Position numbers and translations under genes: made by a program. A stretch of DNA of 63,046 nt, the filler included, from Collodictyon triciliatum (Eukaryota), in NCBI GenBank assembly GCA_043381765.1. It is 12 parts of 12 records of this genome, joined end to end, with 100 filler letters (N's around TTAATTAATTAA, not from the genome) between each part and the next. Parts side by side here need not be neighbours in the genome. Positions count along the whole stretch, not along the records: positions 36,854 to 42,013 come from JBHJMP010005418.1; positions 42,114 to 47,272 come from JBHJMP010005419.1; positions 47,373 to 52,531 come from JBHJMP010005420.1; positions 52,632 to 57,789 come from JBHJMP010005421.1; 8 more parts are not named here. One strand, written 5' to 3'. Shown one piece after another: positions 38,211 to 52,801 of the stretch (position 1 is the first letter of the stretch; the number at the start of each line of letters is the position of its first letter). Under the pieces are notes generated by a model. The model did not search any database. It was not told where the DNA came from and saw only the letters and a list, made by a program, of their open reading frames with translations.

Positions 38211-41069
38211 GTCCAATAGCCTTGCTAAATAAAATTTGAAATCTTTATCCTTGAGAATCTTCGATAGATTCGTTTCAAAATGAATGCATAAAAGATTATT
38301 ATATCAGTGTCAAGTGGTCTACGGCATCATTCATAGCAGGGTTTCCTCCTTTTCGAACATTTCTCCTTCCTTAATTACATCCAAACTAGTATCCCAAAAA
38401 GGAGGACCCCAGGACATATTTCGGACAGGGACTTTATTACACATTTACATATCACAAGTATAATTATGTCCCTGGAAAAGCCGACCCTCATCCTTTCAAA
38501 GGGGATAACGAAAATGTGGACGATCTAATGAACGTGATGTACAAATCTTTATTGGGTACTATACCTTCACAGCTATCCACTCTTCCGGTTGCAAATGTTA
38601 TCAAGGTATATATTATAAAGAAGTAAGATATTTTACCATCTTGGAAAAATCGAAATGAACAGCAATAAAAAAAAAGATGCACCTGGATTTGGTTATATTA
38701 TTATATACATCGATTATGAATTGCTTTGAAGATATTCTTGTTCATTACTGTACTGCCTGAAGTTAGGATATATTTTTGTTCGCATCCATCTAGGAGGAAA
38801 AGCGTTCCATTGAGAAAGGAAATAACATAATCGCCACATATGAAGGGGCTGGAGCTATCATCGGATTCGGGATACATGTTCGAAGAGAAATGAAAGAGAA
38901 GTATAGGGAATTAAAGCTGGTTGTACGCTTCGATAAAGCAGATGTGCCTCAGGTATGTCATAGTCATTTATCTTCTGTTGGGTACGAAAATACCTGGGAC
39001 ATAAATGTTCCAAATCCGTTACTTATCACGAATCCTGACAGAAAATTAGAATACATAAACTCTACTCTGCTTTCTTCTCATTATTCCTGTTAAATTGTGC
39101 GAGATAAAGAGTTTTGGCATTGGCTAGCCAGCCAAATCCTACTCTACATGTTCTATACTCATTTTCTACTGTGGCATACCTTTCTTATATATTTACCTGA
39201 GAATATCTAATTGAGATTGGGTCTCATTTTTCTTTTGCAGATCAATGTCCCTCTTGGCATGTTTTTTTCTAGTGAAACAGGTGACTACGTAACAAGGAGC
39301 GTTGCTGTTGGTAAGTCTTTAGCGTGGATGATACTTAATTGCTTAAATTTGAATTATATAAAGAGGGGAAAACATAACAGCTAAAATTCATTAAATATTA
39401 CAAGCAAAAGTTTCCCTTTTCCTTTGTTGTGGCTGCTTTCTTAAAATACATATGAACCCACAAAAACCTTTACAAAAGCATTTTGATTTTTTTTTCGGTT
39501 TCATTTCAGTTTATTTGGCACGATCGAGAGACAAAAAAAAAAAAAAAAGCATTTTGATAATGCATTCGTTAACTGACATTGTACTTTAAGGATTCAAACC
39601 AAAGGTGGGCGGATACTGTCACTTTCCGATGCCTTTTTGGTCAGGATTTGAGATAACATTGGAAAATAATTATGGAAAAAACGTCAATGTTGATTATGAA
39701 TTCAAAATATCGAATACTGTATATCCCAAGGAAGGTTTGCTAAGATACATTTTCTATCATCCAAATGCGACCTGTAAAATGCAAATAATATACACGTGAA
39801 AAGTACAAAGAGCTGATATACATACAAATAGCACGGTGGCAAGTAAAAACAGGGGCACATACAAATATAAAAATATGTAAAAAAATATAAATAAATACAT
39901 ATCCAAACAGAAAAAGACAAAAAAATAAATAAATTAAAGTAACAGCCATTAGTTTTTTTTTTTAAAAAAGAATATAACCAAATCAAAGCCAAAATCTGGA
40001 GCATTTTTCACATATTGGAAGGAAGGAAGGAAGATCGCAAATGATATAATTGAATTATTAAAACATACAACATCATATACTAGAAACGGGATATTTCCAC
40101 GCAACATGGCACGGAGAAACACCCTACAAGAAAGGGGTTGACTTCCCCATGTTCCAAGACGAGGGTCGTTGGGGGCATGTCGTTGGAATCACATTGATTA
40201 CAAGGAGAAATATTAACAAAAATGTAACTGCAATAATCTATTAACCCCTGCCCCCTTTAATCCTTGACAGTATTTGTAAGTTAATCTTACTGACTTAAAG
40301 TTGTCGTTCTATTTTCCCTAGAAAATGTGCGCACACTTATTATAGTTTACGAGAATATTGCTTGACATTTGTTTATTTCACAGATGAAAGAGGGAAAGGT
40401 ACCAAAACTAAAAGCTTGAATATAATCTGGGTGCAGGAACCTTATCCATTCGAGGGAGACGAGAGATTCTATATAGATGACAAGACAACAGCTGCGGTTC
40501 ATGGAACAGGTAGAATGGCGATATTTATCTTAAGAAAATTTTAAAGTATGCTAAAATTTGAGTCGCAATGCTATTATTTAGTTTTAATTTATTTTATTGC
40601 CATTTCGTTTTATTTTACTTAATGTCTTGTATGCCCTTTGTATACTTGAAGGGTTGAATATAAAATGGGATGGTTTCATTTTATTCGTTTCATTTCCAAT
40701 TTTGTTTCATGAAATATGGTTGTATCCAAACTACTCGTTTAAAATCAAGCAATTTTTTTTCTTAAAATATATAATTAAAAAATCTAATTTTTGGACCCTG
40801 AAACATATATCTTAATTGATGCAATATCACACGTCGAATTTTATATGAAAGGCACGGAAGATTACTTCAATACGGGGCACCACTTCGATCGCCTACATAA
40901 CTTCAGTCTCCCTTTCCATGGGAATCCTTACTATTGGAAGCTGTCTCCTGAAAAATACGACATACACACATATCGGATGCTTATCCAAGACTTTGTTCCT
41001 TATCAAAATTACATTTCCATGGGGATGGAAACGTGTAAGTTCTTCTTCTTATCATTATTATCATCATTA

Positions 41070-41147
<78 letters not shown>

Positions 41148-41514
41148 ATGCCAAGAGTGTCTTAGACAAGAGCTCTATTTTTATGTAAAATCGAAAAGGA
41201 CGCACTCGGCGAGAGGTTAATCGCGCATATTGTGCCCTTTAGCGCCTTGGATTAGCGGAGAAACAACTGGAGACTACATCGCAATAGCATACCATTACTC
41301 TGGAACGAAACCAGGGATAAAGCAAACAGATGAATTCAATGTTGGAGATAAAAAGGATGAGGTTTGTAACAACGATTGAGTTTATTACCCGGAACGAGAG
41401 CATAGTTCTCACCTTTGTGCGATTACTCGTCTCTAGCATTATGAAATGGTGGAGTGCATTATAGCCATTAAAGCAGTTTTTATTTTGGTTTTGTTTTTAT
41501 GAGTAAATCAAGAA
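37189..41514 (+). CDS. DUF2961/GH172-like glycoside hydrolase, intron-rich, partial
   Basis: Motifs RQASSYDWSGNN, GAGCILR, YFHYVPIFY, FPMPFWSGFEITLEN, GYFHATWH, GHVVGITL and FEGDERFYIDD..HGTGTEDYFN. Confidence 0.85.
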
Positions 41515-42254
41515 AACAAAATCACAAAATTTGTAGACAGAACACGGCTACACCTGTATTGAGTGCGTGCCTTCTGGTGATATACATGATACATATGAGG
41601 CGATTCATGCCAACGGACCGAAACTGACGGATTCTGGATACAAAATCAAGTATGTGCTTAATCAAGTACATAAGCCCGTCAGAAGTCTACAAAGTTGACC
41701 AAAGCTGTTTTCTTTCTTTTCTTTCTCTTTTCTTATTCTCTCTCATTATTTCGTTTTATAAGATACTCATTCCTCTGCTGAGGCGCCTAGCTAAGAGCTA
41801 ACGTTTCATATTCAATAGAAAATCATCCAGTTTCCGAGTTACCGTGGTAAACCATAATAGTGGGGTTCTTTTGAGAAGGAAACTGGACCACCGCTATCAA
41901 AACCAAAAGGCCGTTGTAAACTCAAATCATCTTACTTTTTTTTTTTTTTTTTAAAAAAAAAACAACAACAACAAAAATCAGATATATAAAAATGATTTAT
42001 TTAACTAAAAAATNNNNNNNNNNNNNNNNNNNNNNNNNNNNNNNNNNNNNNNNNNNNTTAATTAATTAANNNNNNNNNNNNNNNNNNNNNNNNNNNNNNN
42101 NNNNNNNNNNNNNATTACTATTACTATTACTATTACTATTACTATTACTATTACTATTACTATTACTATTACTATTACTATTACTATTACTATTACTATT
42201 ACTACTACTATTACTATTACTATTACTATTTCAACATCCTCTATGGCAACGAAC

Positions 42255-45200
42255 CAGGTTCCTTCATAGATTGTTTTTCCATCATTCCACGTTTGGATTC
42301 CGTGACCGTGTGCCATCCCATCTTTCCAGTCCCCGACATACTTCGACCCATCATCCCAATATTTCGTACCCTTGCCATTCAGACGGTCGCTCTTAAAGTA
42401 TCCATAGATAGCAGACCCGTCCGCCAAACGAAATTTGCCTTTGGATACAATCAAACAAATCTTTGAAATTTACATAACAGAGATACACTTCATCACAACA
42501 TTTGATGTCTTTCTTCCACCGGCTTATGAGATCATTTGCTAACCTTTCCCGTGCATAAAATCGGCTTTCCAATAACCATCATAATTACGCCCATCGCTCC
42601 ATGTATATGTCCCGTAGCCATGCATTTGTCCCATTTTCCATTGTCCTTTTTTTATAGAATGCAGCACATTTTAAGGGAGTAAAAGAGCAATGTGGTGTAT
42701 CTCGGCCAATTAGGAAAAAAAAATATGAATTTTTTTATTGCTTATGATATACATTACGATTTAAGTGTGAAAGAAATAAGCAAGTAAATAAACTTATATT
42801 TGAGGAGACCTTCATATCGGCCTTCTTCAAAAGACCCAGAAGTTACGTATTTTCCTGCTTCCCATCGCGGGTTGTGCTAAAATCGAATCATATATAAATG
42901 TTAAGCAAGGGGTTTTTTTTTGTAATGTCAAACAATACAGATAATAAGAATTGGTATGCGCTAATTTGTGAATTTGTAGTGGATTAATAATCTTTTTCCA
43001 AACCGTTTCATAGTTTGAACCCCGAGCACTACCCCATACATACGTCCCCCATCCATCCATTTGGTCATTTGCCCACTGACCACGGTATTCTCTGTAAGAA
43101 AAAAATAGTGTGATCGGACTTAAGAGTCATAGTACTCTAGAGAATGGCGCAAAAATGAGAAAAATAAAGAAATGAAGAAAATATATTGAGTGCATTTTTT
43201 TTTTTGAAAATGAGCATGTAGATATACTTGAAAAGCGCCTCTCTAGAGGAAATAATAATATTCGAAAATACTCAGGCATCAAGAATAAAAAAATATAACT
43301 ATAAAGGATTAATGTGAATAAAAAGAGGAATTACCTTCCATCTGCCCACTTATATGCACCCCAACCATGCTTCTTATTCTTTATCCAAGTCCCTGAATAC
43401 ACACCGTTCGCCTCGGGTGAAGCTTTTTCATGAAATTTTTTTTGCTCAAATCGGAGATTAGAGTTTGCCATCAAAGCTGCTTTGATTTGTCGGTCAAGGT
43501 CTGTAGTATCGTACTTCTGTAGATAAATAGGTATATACATTTTTATTATGCAAGTTCTATTATAAGAAAATCATTTTACTACTGACGGACTCAACTTTTT
43601 TTTCATATATATCCAACAATATTTTTACAGATGAAATTGAGCAAACCCCCTCATCATTTTAGGGACACATATGTAACAATTCTATCACATCTTAACAATA
43701 TCAGAACCTGAACTCCCTCACCAAACGGGCCCTCAAATTCGTCTTTGTCATTTGGCTCGATTTTGAATACAGGGGGAATAGGACGCTTTGTGTCATGTAT
43801 AAATGTAGGCTCTTCAATTATTTTCGACTTCATGGGTGGAGGGAAAACTCCTGATGGCCTTTCATAGGCCGGTTGCATGTTCATCGATTCAGTATTTGAA
43901 TGGGTCAGTTCTCTACCATAGATACCACCCCCAGAATTCATCAGCTTTGATTCGCTATCAACATGTGGTAGTTCCTTTTTGCTCCCTTCTACGTGGATAT
44001 GCTCCGAGCTATATGGTGTCTCTATTTTAGAGAATGCCTTTAAGGATGGCTCCTTCGTGATGGATTGGTGTTCTTGTTCCCCAGGCTGCTCTTTGTCATA
44101 AGCTTGAACGAGTGATGCTTGCTTTGAAAGATGAGGTTTTATGTCTGATACCATTTCAGTAATGTGGGCATTGGTTTGCGGTTGGAATATAGGGGAAGAC
44201 GATTGCACATCTTTTAGTGGCTGTGATGGTTTTTCAGCGGGTGGGACATCATGAGAAGGTTTCAAAACATCTAGTAAATCACTCGACATTTTCGAGACAA
44301 CAGGCTTCTCAGTAGATGATATCTTTTCTCTGATTTCATGACATTTGGAGGTCAATTTGGATAAGTATGACTTAACCTGTCAATATTAAAATATGGGGAT
44401 TAGCTTGTTGTCATACATGCCTCAAATGTAAATACGCATAAAAAATGCGCAAAGCAAGGATACAAATAATCATGAAATTTCGTTTTGATATAGATAATTA
44501 TATCGTTTATGTTTGTAATGGTTATAAAATGGTTCGGTTTAAAATTTTGAATCCATTTTAGTTACAGATTCCAAGTCCTCAACATCACCGCTACTTATTC
44601 GGTTAGCTGACAAGGTAAAGAAGCCAGATTCGGATTCGTCTGGTATTCTAGTTTAAGGTTGGTATATCAAGTAAATATATATAAATTGAAACGTTTTCTA
44701 TGGAGAACAAAAATCATACGTGTATGTTTGTAGACCAGCCTGAATCAAGAAAGTTGTAATAGGCACTTTAGCAACAACATGAGTAACTCCTGTGCTCTTA
44801 TCAACTAACTTGAATTGTGGATTGAATTGATAGAATAACTTTTCATCGGCATAATAAAGGTATTCGTACAAATTTATCAATTCAGTCTCATAAGTATAAT
44901 TTTAAAAAAAAAGAGTAAGCATTATATCAATTCATATACCTTAAGCAAAAGATAGCACTTGTCATTCGGGAATTCGGTGAGAGATTTACAGTTGATTTTG
45001 ATGGTATCTTCTTTTGGTTCGCATACCGATGACTCTGAGATGCTTTCGTTGGGTCCGTCCAAGGTAACTAGCTAATAGAATATATGTGTTTATCCGTTAC
45101 ACGACAGTTTTTTCGGATAGAGTCGTGCTTTGTTGTGACTGATCAATGATGAAACGATTTTTTATGTTTTACTATTTTAACTTAGTTTGGGACGCCAAAT

Positions 45201-46893
45201 AGATAATATATGCATATGAATCAAGAAGTGGACATATACAATTGAAAGGCTGCTTGTGGTAAGTTGGAAAAGAAATTACTTGGAAGATATGCGAAGCATT
45301 GGGCACCTTTTCACTCGAATAATATTGCACATCAAACTTTACTTGCCCTGACGTGCTGTCCTCCTCTTCAGAGTCAGCAAAAAGATTTCTCGACTCGTCA
45401 ACATCCTGGCTACCTTCTTCCTCTTCTTCGTTCTGCTCTTGCTCTTCCACGATTTTATCGATGCTTTTTTCAGCATCTCTGATAATGCTGTTTCCGGACA
45501 TATTGATCAATCCCACTTGTGATGCCCTTCTCGTGAAGTTTACAGGTGCAAATGCTTCCGAGCTTCCCAGCAATCTCTGAGGTTCATTCAATTGTAACAT
45601 TAAGGTAGCATCATACACATAAACATTTATATGTGTGATTTATAAAAGAAACAAGGTCTCTAAAAATGAATGGAGTATATCATAAAAGCTAGGCAGTTTG
45701 GTGACCGTAAAGTTGATAAAGTTGGTTTATACTCAAACAGTAAAGCTTATATGAAAAATATTTCCGGAAACAAACATCTATCGTGCTCATGGACATTTGC
45801 GCCAAAAGTGGGGGATTCTCCTGGGAAGGGGGTTTGACTTCTTCTGCTTTGACGGTGATAGTTCCTGCAAGAAGCCCGTCTTCATTCATAATTTCAATCC
45901 TTTGGTTGTGTTTTGAGAGAATCAATCATTTGCGCAATTATGAGTGGGTATGATTTGCGGTTTTATCGCATATATGATATGAAATCGAAAAGAAAGCAAA
46001 GGATGATTGCTTTAAAAATAATAGCCTATGTTAAATGAAATCTATATGACTACATAATGTAGAGTAAAATAAAAGCCTATTACGCGGATGTACTTTCTGG
46101 GCCGATGGGTAGGAACAAATGGACCGCCATTTCACCCATTCCGTAAGGCTCGATCATATTCCGATTACGTTCGTTAATCTTGTGTTGAAAGTGAATGATA
46201 ATAAAATAAGCCTTTTAGAGGAAAATCTGTCATAACTTTCTGAGTGTATTTAGCGGAAATTCATAGAACAATTGGACGGAAGAAAGGAAGAACACATCAC
46301 ATCCAGCGTAATTTTAGCTGATTGAGATACATTCATACTATTTTCAAAATTAAATGAATAAATAATGACCAACCAGCACGTATATGTTTTCTAATGCGTC
46401 TTTCATTTCCACTTCCATGCTTGGGTTCATCGTCTTTGTGTCTACTGCATCTAGATCAATGTCACCTTCTTTACCGTACTTCAACTGCGCATCAGTGTGA
46501 TTTTGTGAAGAAAAGGCATGAGTTCGCTTAGGTTGCTTATTGGAAGTGAAAAGTTTCTTTTTCTCAAAAAAAAAAAAAGGAAGGAAGGAAAAAAGAAAAA
46601 TAATATTTATGGAAAGTGAACATAGGAGGCACATTGTGAAGAAGTAGAAAAAACAAACAAACCTTACAAATAAATGAATAAGTTAATGATAGTGAATAAA
46701 TATAATAAAGGAAATGGAAGGCTGATGAACTTGTCAAGAGGATGGTAAAGGTGAAGGTAGAACGAGATAAAGAAGAATATCAACTGAATGGCCCAGTTCT
46801 GTCAGCAAAAGGAATTACCTGGATGCAGACTACACGACTCAGAACATCCTCCACGATCTTGTACTCTGTGACTGTGAACTTCAACTTGGACAT
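42255..46893 (-). CDS. MORN-repeat protein with a long N-terminal region, 3' partial
   Basis: YSGTWIKNKKHGWGAYKWADGR, MHGYGTYTWSDGRNYDGYWK and YVGDWKDGMAHGHGIQTWNDG. Likely start is MSKLKFTVTEYK. Confidence 0.85.
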
Positions 46894-47174
46894 TGTATAA
46901 ACTCCTCTTTTGATCGCACACAAGTGCTCGGCGTTGCGCTTGGGACAAGAAACAGAAGGCTCCCTCGGCTTCTGTTGATGAAGAAGGATATACTATGACT
47001 GTCTTTGATTTGGACAGAAAAAAAGAAAAAAATTATAACCGCGCAATATAAGTGGAACGTATCAGTCTTTTGGGCGGTTTGGGGTTTGTGATGGAGATTT
47101 GATCAAAGGCGAATTAAGACACAACTCCGAGTTTGTTTTCCCTGTGCTTCCCACACGTCTCTTCTGTTCACAAC

Positions 47175-47272
47175 TGCTTTTTTTTATATTCTGCTTTTTT
47201 TTATATTCTGCTTTTTTTTATATTCTGCTTTTTTTTATATTCTGCTTTTTTTTATATTCTGCTTTTTTTTAT
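47175..47272. repeat. About 17-bp tandem repeat (CTGCTTTTTTTTATATT)n at a scaffold end
   Basis: About 6 copies seen directly. Confidence 0.9.
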
Positions 47273-48074
47273 NNNNNNNNNNNNNNNNNNNNNNNNNNNN
47301 NNNNNNNNNNNNNNNNTTAATTAATTAANNNNNNNNNNNNNNNNNNNNNNNNNNNNNNNNNNNNNNNNNNNNTTTCCTTTTCCTTTTTCTTTTTTTTCCT
47401 TCCTTTCTTTTTTTTCTCTCCTCTCTTTCCTTTTTTTTTTTTTTTTTGGCAACAATATGAAATGAAGAAAAGTAATTATGCGGCTTCATGCCATTGAAAT
47501 CAGATGTGCAAAATCTGCCAAAAGGAATCATAGTGTTGTGTATTGCATGTAATAAGTGGAGGTCTGGAGTCTCTTAATAAAAAAATGATTTGATTACGAC
47601 AAAGACCAAAACAAAAATCCTGAGTATTGCATTCCACCCTATCAAGAAACTTTCACAGAATTTATTCAAATATGGAAAAACGCGTTCTGAATCACGTTTT
47701 AGTGAATCTCTTTTTGTTGATGAATCTGGGAGAAGGATTCGATCGCATCACGCCAGCAGACGGCAAAGGTGGCCTGGCCAGAGAAAAAACTGCTGGAAGA
47801 ACTTTCAAATACAACAAGAGCCCAACACAATGAGAGTTTCAATTAAAGGTGAAAAGAAGAGAGCGTGTCTCGAAATTCTTTGTTCATATACTAGTGTGCA
47901 GTTTCTTTCGCTTGTTTATGCCCAGTCCACCTCAGAAAGGACACATAGCGTTATAGTCGGAACCCGATCCAAAGACAAATAACGATGCAGAGTAGCTCAT
48001 ATTCCACGGGTGAGTATGCGACTAAACAACTTTTATCTTTTAAGAGTAAAAGACACAAACAGTTTCTACAAACC

Positions 48075-50350
48075 ATGAGCTATATTCAGTCATTGCGAAG
48101 CTCGGTGCCTCAGTTTGCTGGAGACTTTGATCAACTGGACACTCTTCACGTTCAAAAGTGAGTTATTTTACACTTACGTCCACTGAAAAACTAGTATTTC
48201 TTATCAAACCCTTTTCTTATGTCCCTCCCTCACTTTTTTTTTCAAGCTCCTTTTTTTCATTTTGCTACTTTTTGTCGTTGTCACTCCGTTTTCTGTATTT
48301 CTTTCGATCCTGTCGACTAACTATGCTTCTTGACTATAAAGATTGTGGCATCAGCTCACAGTCAAGTTGGAGGCTCTCGCAAGAGATCCAAAGTTCCAGG
48401 CGGCTGTAAATCTTGTGGATCTGTACTCCTTTTTCGTGAAGGACTTTGAAAAGAAACTCGATCCCTCGCGACTGGTCCGTTTTCTGTTCAGTGCAGCGCA
48501 GCAGTCGAACGGTAAAGCACCACTCTTTGGTCACGTGCATACATTTAATTCCTTGAGTGCACCAAAAGTGAACTGGGCCCTCTGCTTCTCCTACTCACTC
48601 ACTCACTCACTCACTTGCTCTTCTGTAGACAACCAAAAAGTTATTACATTCCTGGGTAATGTAATCGCTGAGATTCAAGATCACGATGCAGTCATGTGTG
48701 TCGAATTGAAGATTGAAGAGTTTAAGATACTGGCTTCTGATTTGAGCACAGCCAAAGCCACTGTTGAAAAGTACCAGAGTATTGTTGATTTGGGAACTGT
48801 AACAGATCCTTTTGTTCTCTCAGTCTTCTATCTGATCTCGTCAAAGTACTATAAGGTATAGTTTTTAATTTAAAATAAATCCCTCTACTTTCACGGGGAT
48901 TTTTCTTTCCCCAACTATCTATTTGTAATGAATTTACATAATAATATTGGGCGTTTCCTGTATAGCATTTTCTCTATTCGCATGTTTGTATTCAATTTGT
49001 TTCTTAACCGTGTTAAAAAGTGCATAAAAATGTGACCAACTCGGTCTACAATGTCATGATGATTCCAATAGTTTTAATTGATTTCCACACGTACTTGTTA
49101 TCTGATAAAGGAAAATAATCTTGTTTCTAAGGATGTTGCAGTACTCTTATATTTTCTCTCAAAACAGTATACCAAGAGCTCTGAAGACTACTACAAACAC
49201 GCATTGGCTTTCTTATCATACACAACCATTGAGGATCTTCCTGTTGGACAGCAGATCATATTTGCTTACGACATTGCCCTCGCAGCGTTGCTGGGTGAAA
49301 AAATATTCAACTTTGGGGAGCTGGTAAAGCCAAAACCAACATTATCCCCTCCATCTAAACACTGGAAGCGTTTATTTCCAGTATCATCTACACCAAACTC
49401 CTATTTCGACCGACACCTCATTATCTTTCATGGCGCTATATTTGGTTAATTTCGCTAATTGCTCACGTTGATAAACATACGTAGTTTGATATACGTTATT
49501 CTTTTGGTTTACACTAATGGTAAGAATGACTCTAAACTGTTGATTAAATCTGTATTCTTGTAGTTGCAACACCGCATCATTCAAGTTCTAGAGTCCAGTG
49601 AACACGCATGGCTATACAATCTACTGAAGGCGTTCAATGTCGGCAACATCGGGGCCTTCGAGAATCTTGAGAAGCAGCACACTCGGGAATTTACCCAACC
49701 AGTTTGTTACTAGTTTCTATCCTCGTAAAACGTCTGATTTCTCATAATATACGTATCTACTATATTGGAATGCATGTTTTGTAGTGTTCGCTTAAGTGCC
49801 ATAAAAAAATTCCCTTTTTCTTTATTGTTTTTGGGTAAATGACGACGAAATATGGATTTCCTGCGAAATCTTTTGTATCCCAATCGCACTCTAACCCGAT
49901 ATGCTGCAACGGGCAGAATGTTTTCCAAGGGAAAGTCCCCTGGCTGCAGAAAAAGATCCGCGTCTGTGCCTTGGTTGAGCTACTCTTTACAAAGCCATCA
50001 GATGACCGCGTTGTTTCGTTTTCAGAAATCTCCCAGAAGACGAAAACAGCAGCCATCGAGGTTTGTGTGAGACTGAATTATGTATAAATCACCTCAAGAT
50101 ATCGCCTCGACAGATTCACGACTCCAAATGGCAGGTGGAAAGGCTCCTCATCCAGACGCTCTCTCTCGGGCTCATCAAAGGCCTCATCGACGAGGTGGAC
50201 CAAGTCTTCCGTGCCACATGGGTTCGCCCCCGTGTCCTTGACCTTGAGCAGATCGAGGGACTCAAGAACCGCCTTGCCGACTGGAAGGGCAAGATTGAAA
50301 ACACCACGGATATCCTGGGCGGTGAGATTGCAGACTCCTTCACATCCTAA
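48075..50350 (+). CDS. RPN9: 26S proteasome lid subunit Rpn9/PSMD13
   Basis: KLWHQLT, YYKHALAFL, AALLGEKIFNFGELLQHRII, LSLGLIKGLIDEVDQ and WVRPRVLDLEQI; ends in TAA. Confidence 0.95.
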
Positions 50351-50836
50351 AATGTACACCCCTCCCCGGAACCATCGAGACATATACGCAGCTGTCAAAG
50401 AAATAAAGGCACAAAACTACACGGCGCCATCCCAAGAACAACAACTAAAAGAAGTAGCTAGTCGAGGACTTCAAAAAAAGGGAAAAAGCGCAGCCAAGAG
50501 CACCAACACGCGGATATGCGCGCAAGTGTCTGGGTGTAGATGCAAAATCCAGTTCTTCCCTCTTCCAGAAATAGGAAATGTGGTCTACCCATACTTGGAC
50601 AGAGTGCGGATTTGCCGAATAATTCTCACGTTGGCACAAAGATGAATCACAGCCACAAACGAAATAATCAGAAAAGTGAGGAAGTCTATGTGGCAAATAT
50701 CGAAGGCCATAGAATCCGCCACAAAGTCCGCCGATCGCTCTTCCACTTCCTGTTAAGCCCGACCTGACTAAAGCCTGACTCTCGACCAATCCAGGACAAG
50801 GAAAGGAAAAAAAAGGAAAAAGAACCGTCGACTACC

Positions 50837-51262
50837 ATGTACCTTCGTTACTGCGACAAATGCCAAGACTACACCCTCGGCGTAAGCTGTCTCCTTTCCG
50901 CTCACACCAGGACGAAGACCAAAAGCATCCGCAGTTTCCCCTCTGCCACTTGCATCACTTTATATGTGTCTCAAGAGTGCAAACCCTAAAATCAGTTCTT
51001 TAAACACTTTAGAAACAATGCAAGAAATGCCAGTTTGGAACACGCAGCGCCCATCCTGGTATATTTAACAACCCATTTCATTTATTTTTTTTTAAAGGCA
51101 GACTTTGTCTATTCCACTCCTTTTTTAAAAGCACATCTATATGATATGTAAACGCTCGATATTTCAGCCCGCTTTTCGCCCGAGGACAAGTTCTCCCGCC
51201 AACGTGTCATCCTGAAGCGCCGCTTTGGCCTTCTCCCTGCCTCCGAGTCAACACCAAAGTAA
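50837..51262 (+). CDS. NOP10: H/ACA RNP protein Nop10 (three exons; absent from the ORF track)
   Basis: Exons 50837-50881, 51013-51058 and 51168-51262 give [61 protein letters not shown]. Confidence 0.95.
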
Positions 51263-52801
51263 ACGACAATACCCTGCGCTTGTCATAACTGCTTGCTCCC
51301 TTGGAACTTGCGCAGCAATCTCACATTTTCTTTCTACTCTTAAGCACGCTCATAAAGAAACTAAAAAAACAAAACAAAACAAAAAAACAAAACAAAACAA
51401 AAAATGAAACCCCTTATTTATGAACGGGAAGGGAGATAGCTGGTACATAGAAGCTCTAAAACCACAATTGACATGATTAAACAGCAGAGAAAGAGAAAAG
51501 AAAAAGAATAGAGTCCACTCCCGATAATTTTGAAGCAAAGGCGAAGAGTTCCGAAGTCGTATGAATGCACATTGCGGCTTCTTTATTCGACCACTCTTAT
51601 AACTATGGTTGATTCTTTTTTGTTCCTAAGTCATTGGGGTATTACGATGGCGCTTGAGAAAAACAAACAGACAAACAAACGCTGGTACAATCACGATGAA
51701 TCTCTTTGGTAGATTGGCTGGTGTGCCTCCCTCTCCTGCGAGCGACAAACCATGATTTCAGATTCGTAATTAAGGTCGGTTAGCCTCATGATTGTGAAAG
51801 ACGAGGTGGAAAGATTGCATCCCAGAGAGAATTGAATATACTGGTATGGACAAACCTTCTTAACAGTGTTCCAGCGCCGGTATGAATCATACCTGCCCGA
51901 GCCTGGTGTTCTTGAGCCGTACTCTGCTTCTCCGACAGAATCCCTGAAACAGGACATACACGGAAAAAGTAATCAGACGACACATTGAGGATACATGAAT
52001 TGCTGTCAATATCGAATCGAAGGAGCACCGCTGGATTTAACACCATTTGGCACCATAAAATACAAATACATCAATCATTTACGGTTGCTTTGATGAACCA
52101 GGTCCACTCGCGCCGTTTGGGCGATTGCTTCTCTCCTTTAAATCTTTTTCCCAGTGGTCAAGAACAGCGCGACGTGCCGTTTTTCTAAGTTTACAATTCC
52201 GCAACTCAAGTGTCATAAAAATATAAATATTGGATGATAATGAACACGCTTGCTTTTTGTCTTCACAATGGAAATATCAAAACATGTAATACGTTTCTTC
52301 TCGGCGTGCTTTATCCTCTTCCCTGTCGTGTAATTAATTATAATAACTCAGCCAAGAAGATGGAGAAGAATTTGTGTCTTGGATGTTTTTACGGGTAGGA
52401 TAAAGAGCAAACACATACATACATACATACATACATACATACATACATACATACATACATACATACATACATACATACATACATACATACATACATACAT
52501 ACATACATACATACATACATACATACATACANNNNNNNNNNNNNNNNNNNNNNNNNNNNNNNNNNNNNNNNNNNNTTAATTAATTAANNNNNNNNNNNNN
52601 NNNNNNNNNNNNNNNNNNNNNNNNNNNNNNNAAAAAAACAAGAAAACAAAAAAGCAAAAAAAAAGCACATCTCCATCTCCATCTCCATCTCCATCTCCAT
52701 CTCCATCTCCATCTCCATCTCCATCTCCATCTCCATCTCCATCTCCACCTTTATGCCGAGCAAAAGCATGGCCCGGACGCACAAGGCACCGGCAGACGCG
52801 G

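Noticed and set aside
50351-50800. Small ORFs or an ncRNA between RPN9 and NOP10
   Set aside because: No recognisable motif, splice pattern or structure.
51691-52190. Possible gene or retroelement fragment
   Set aside because: No frame gave a recognisable family motif.
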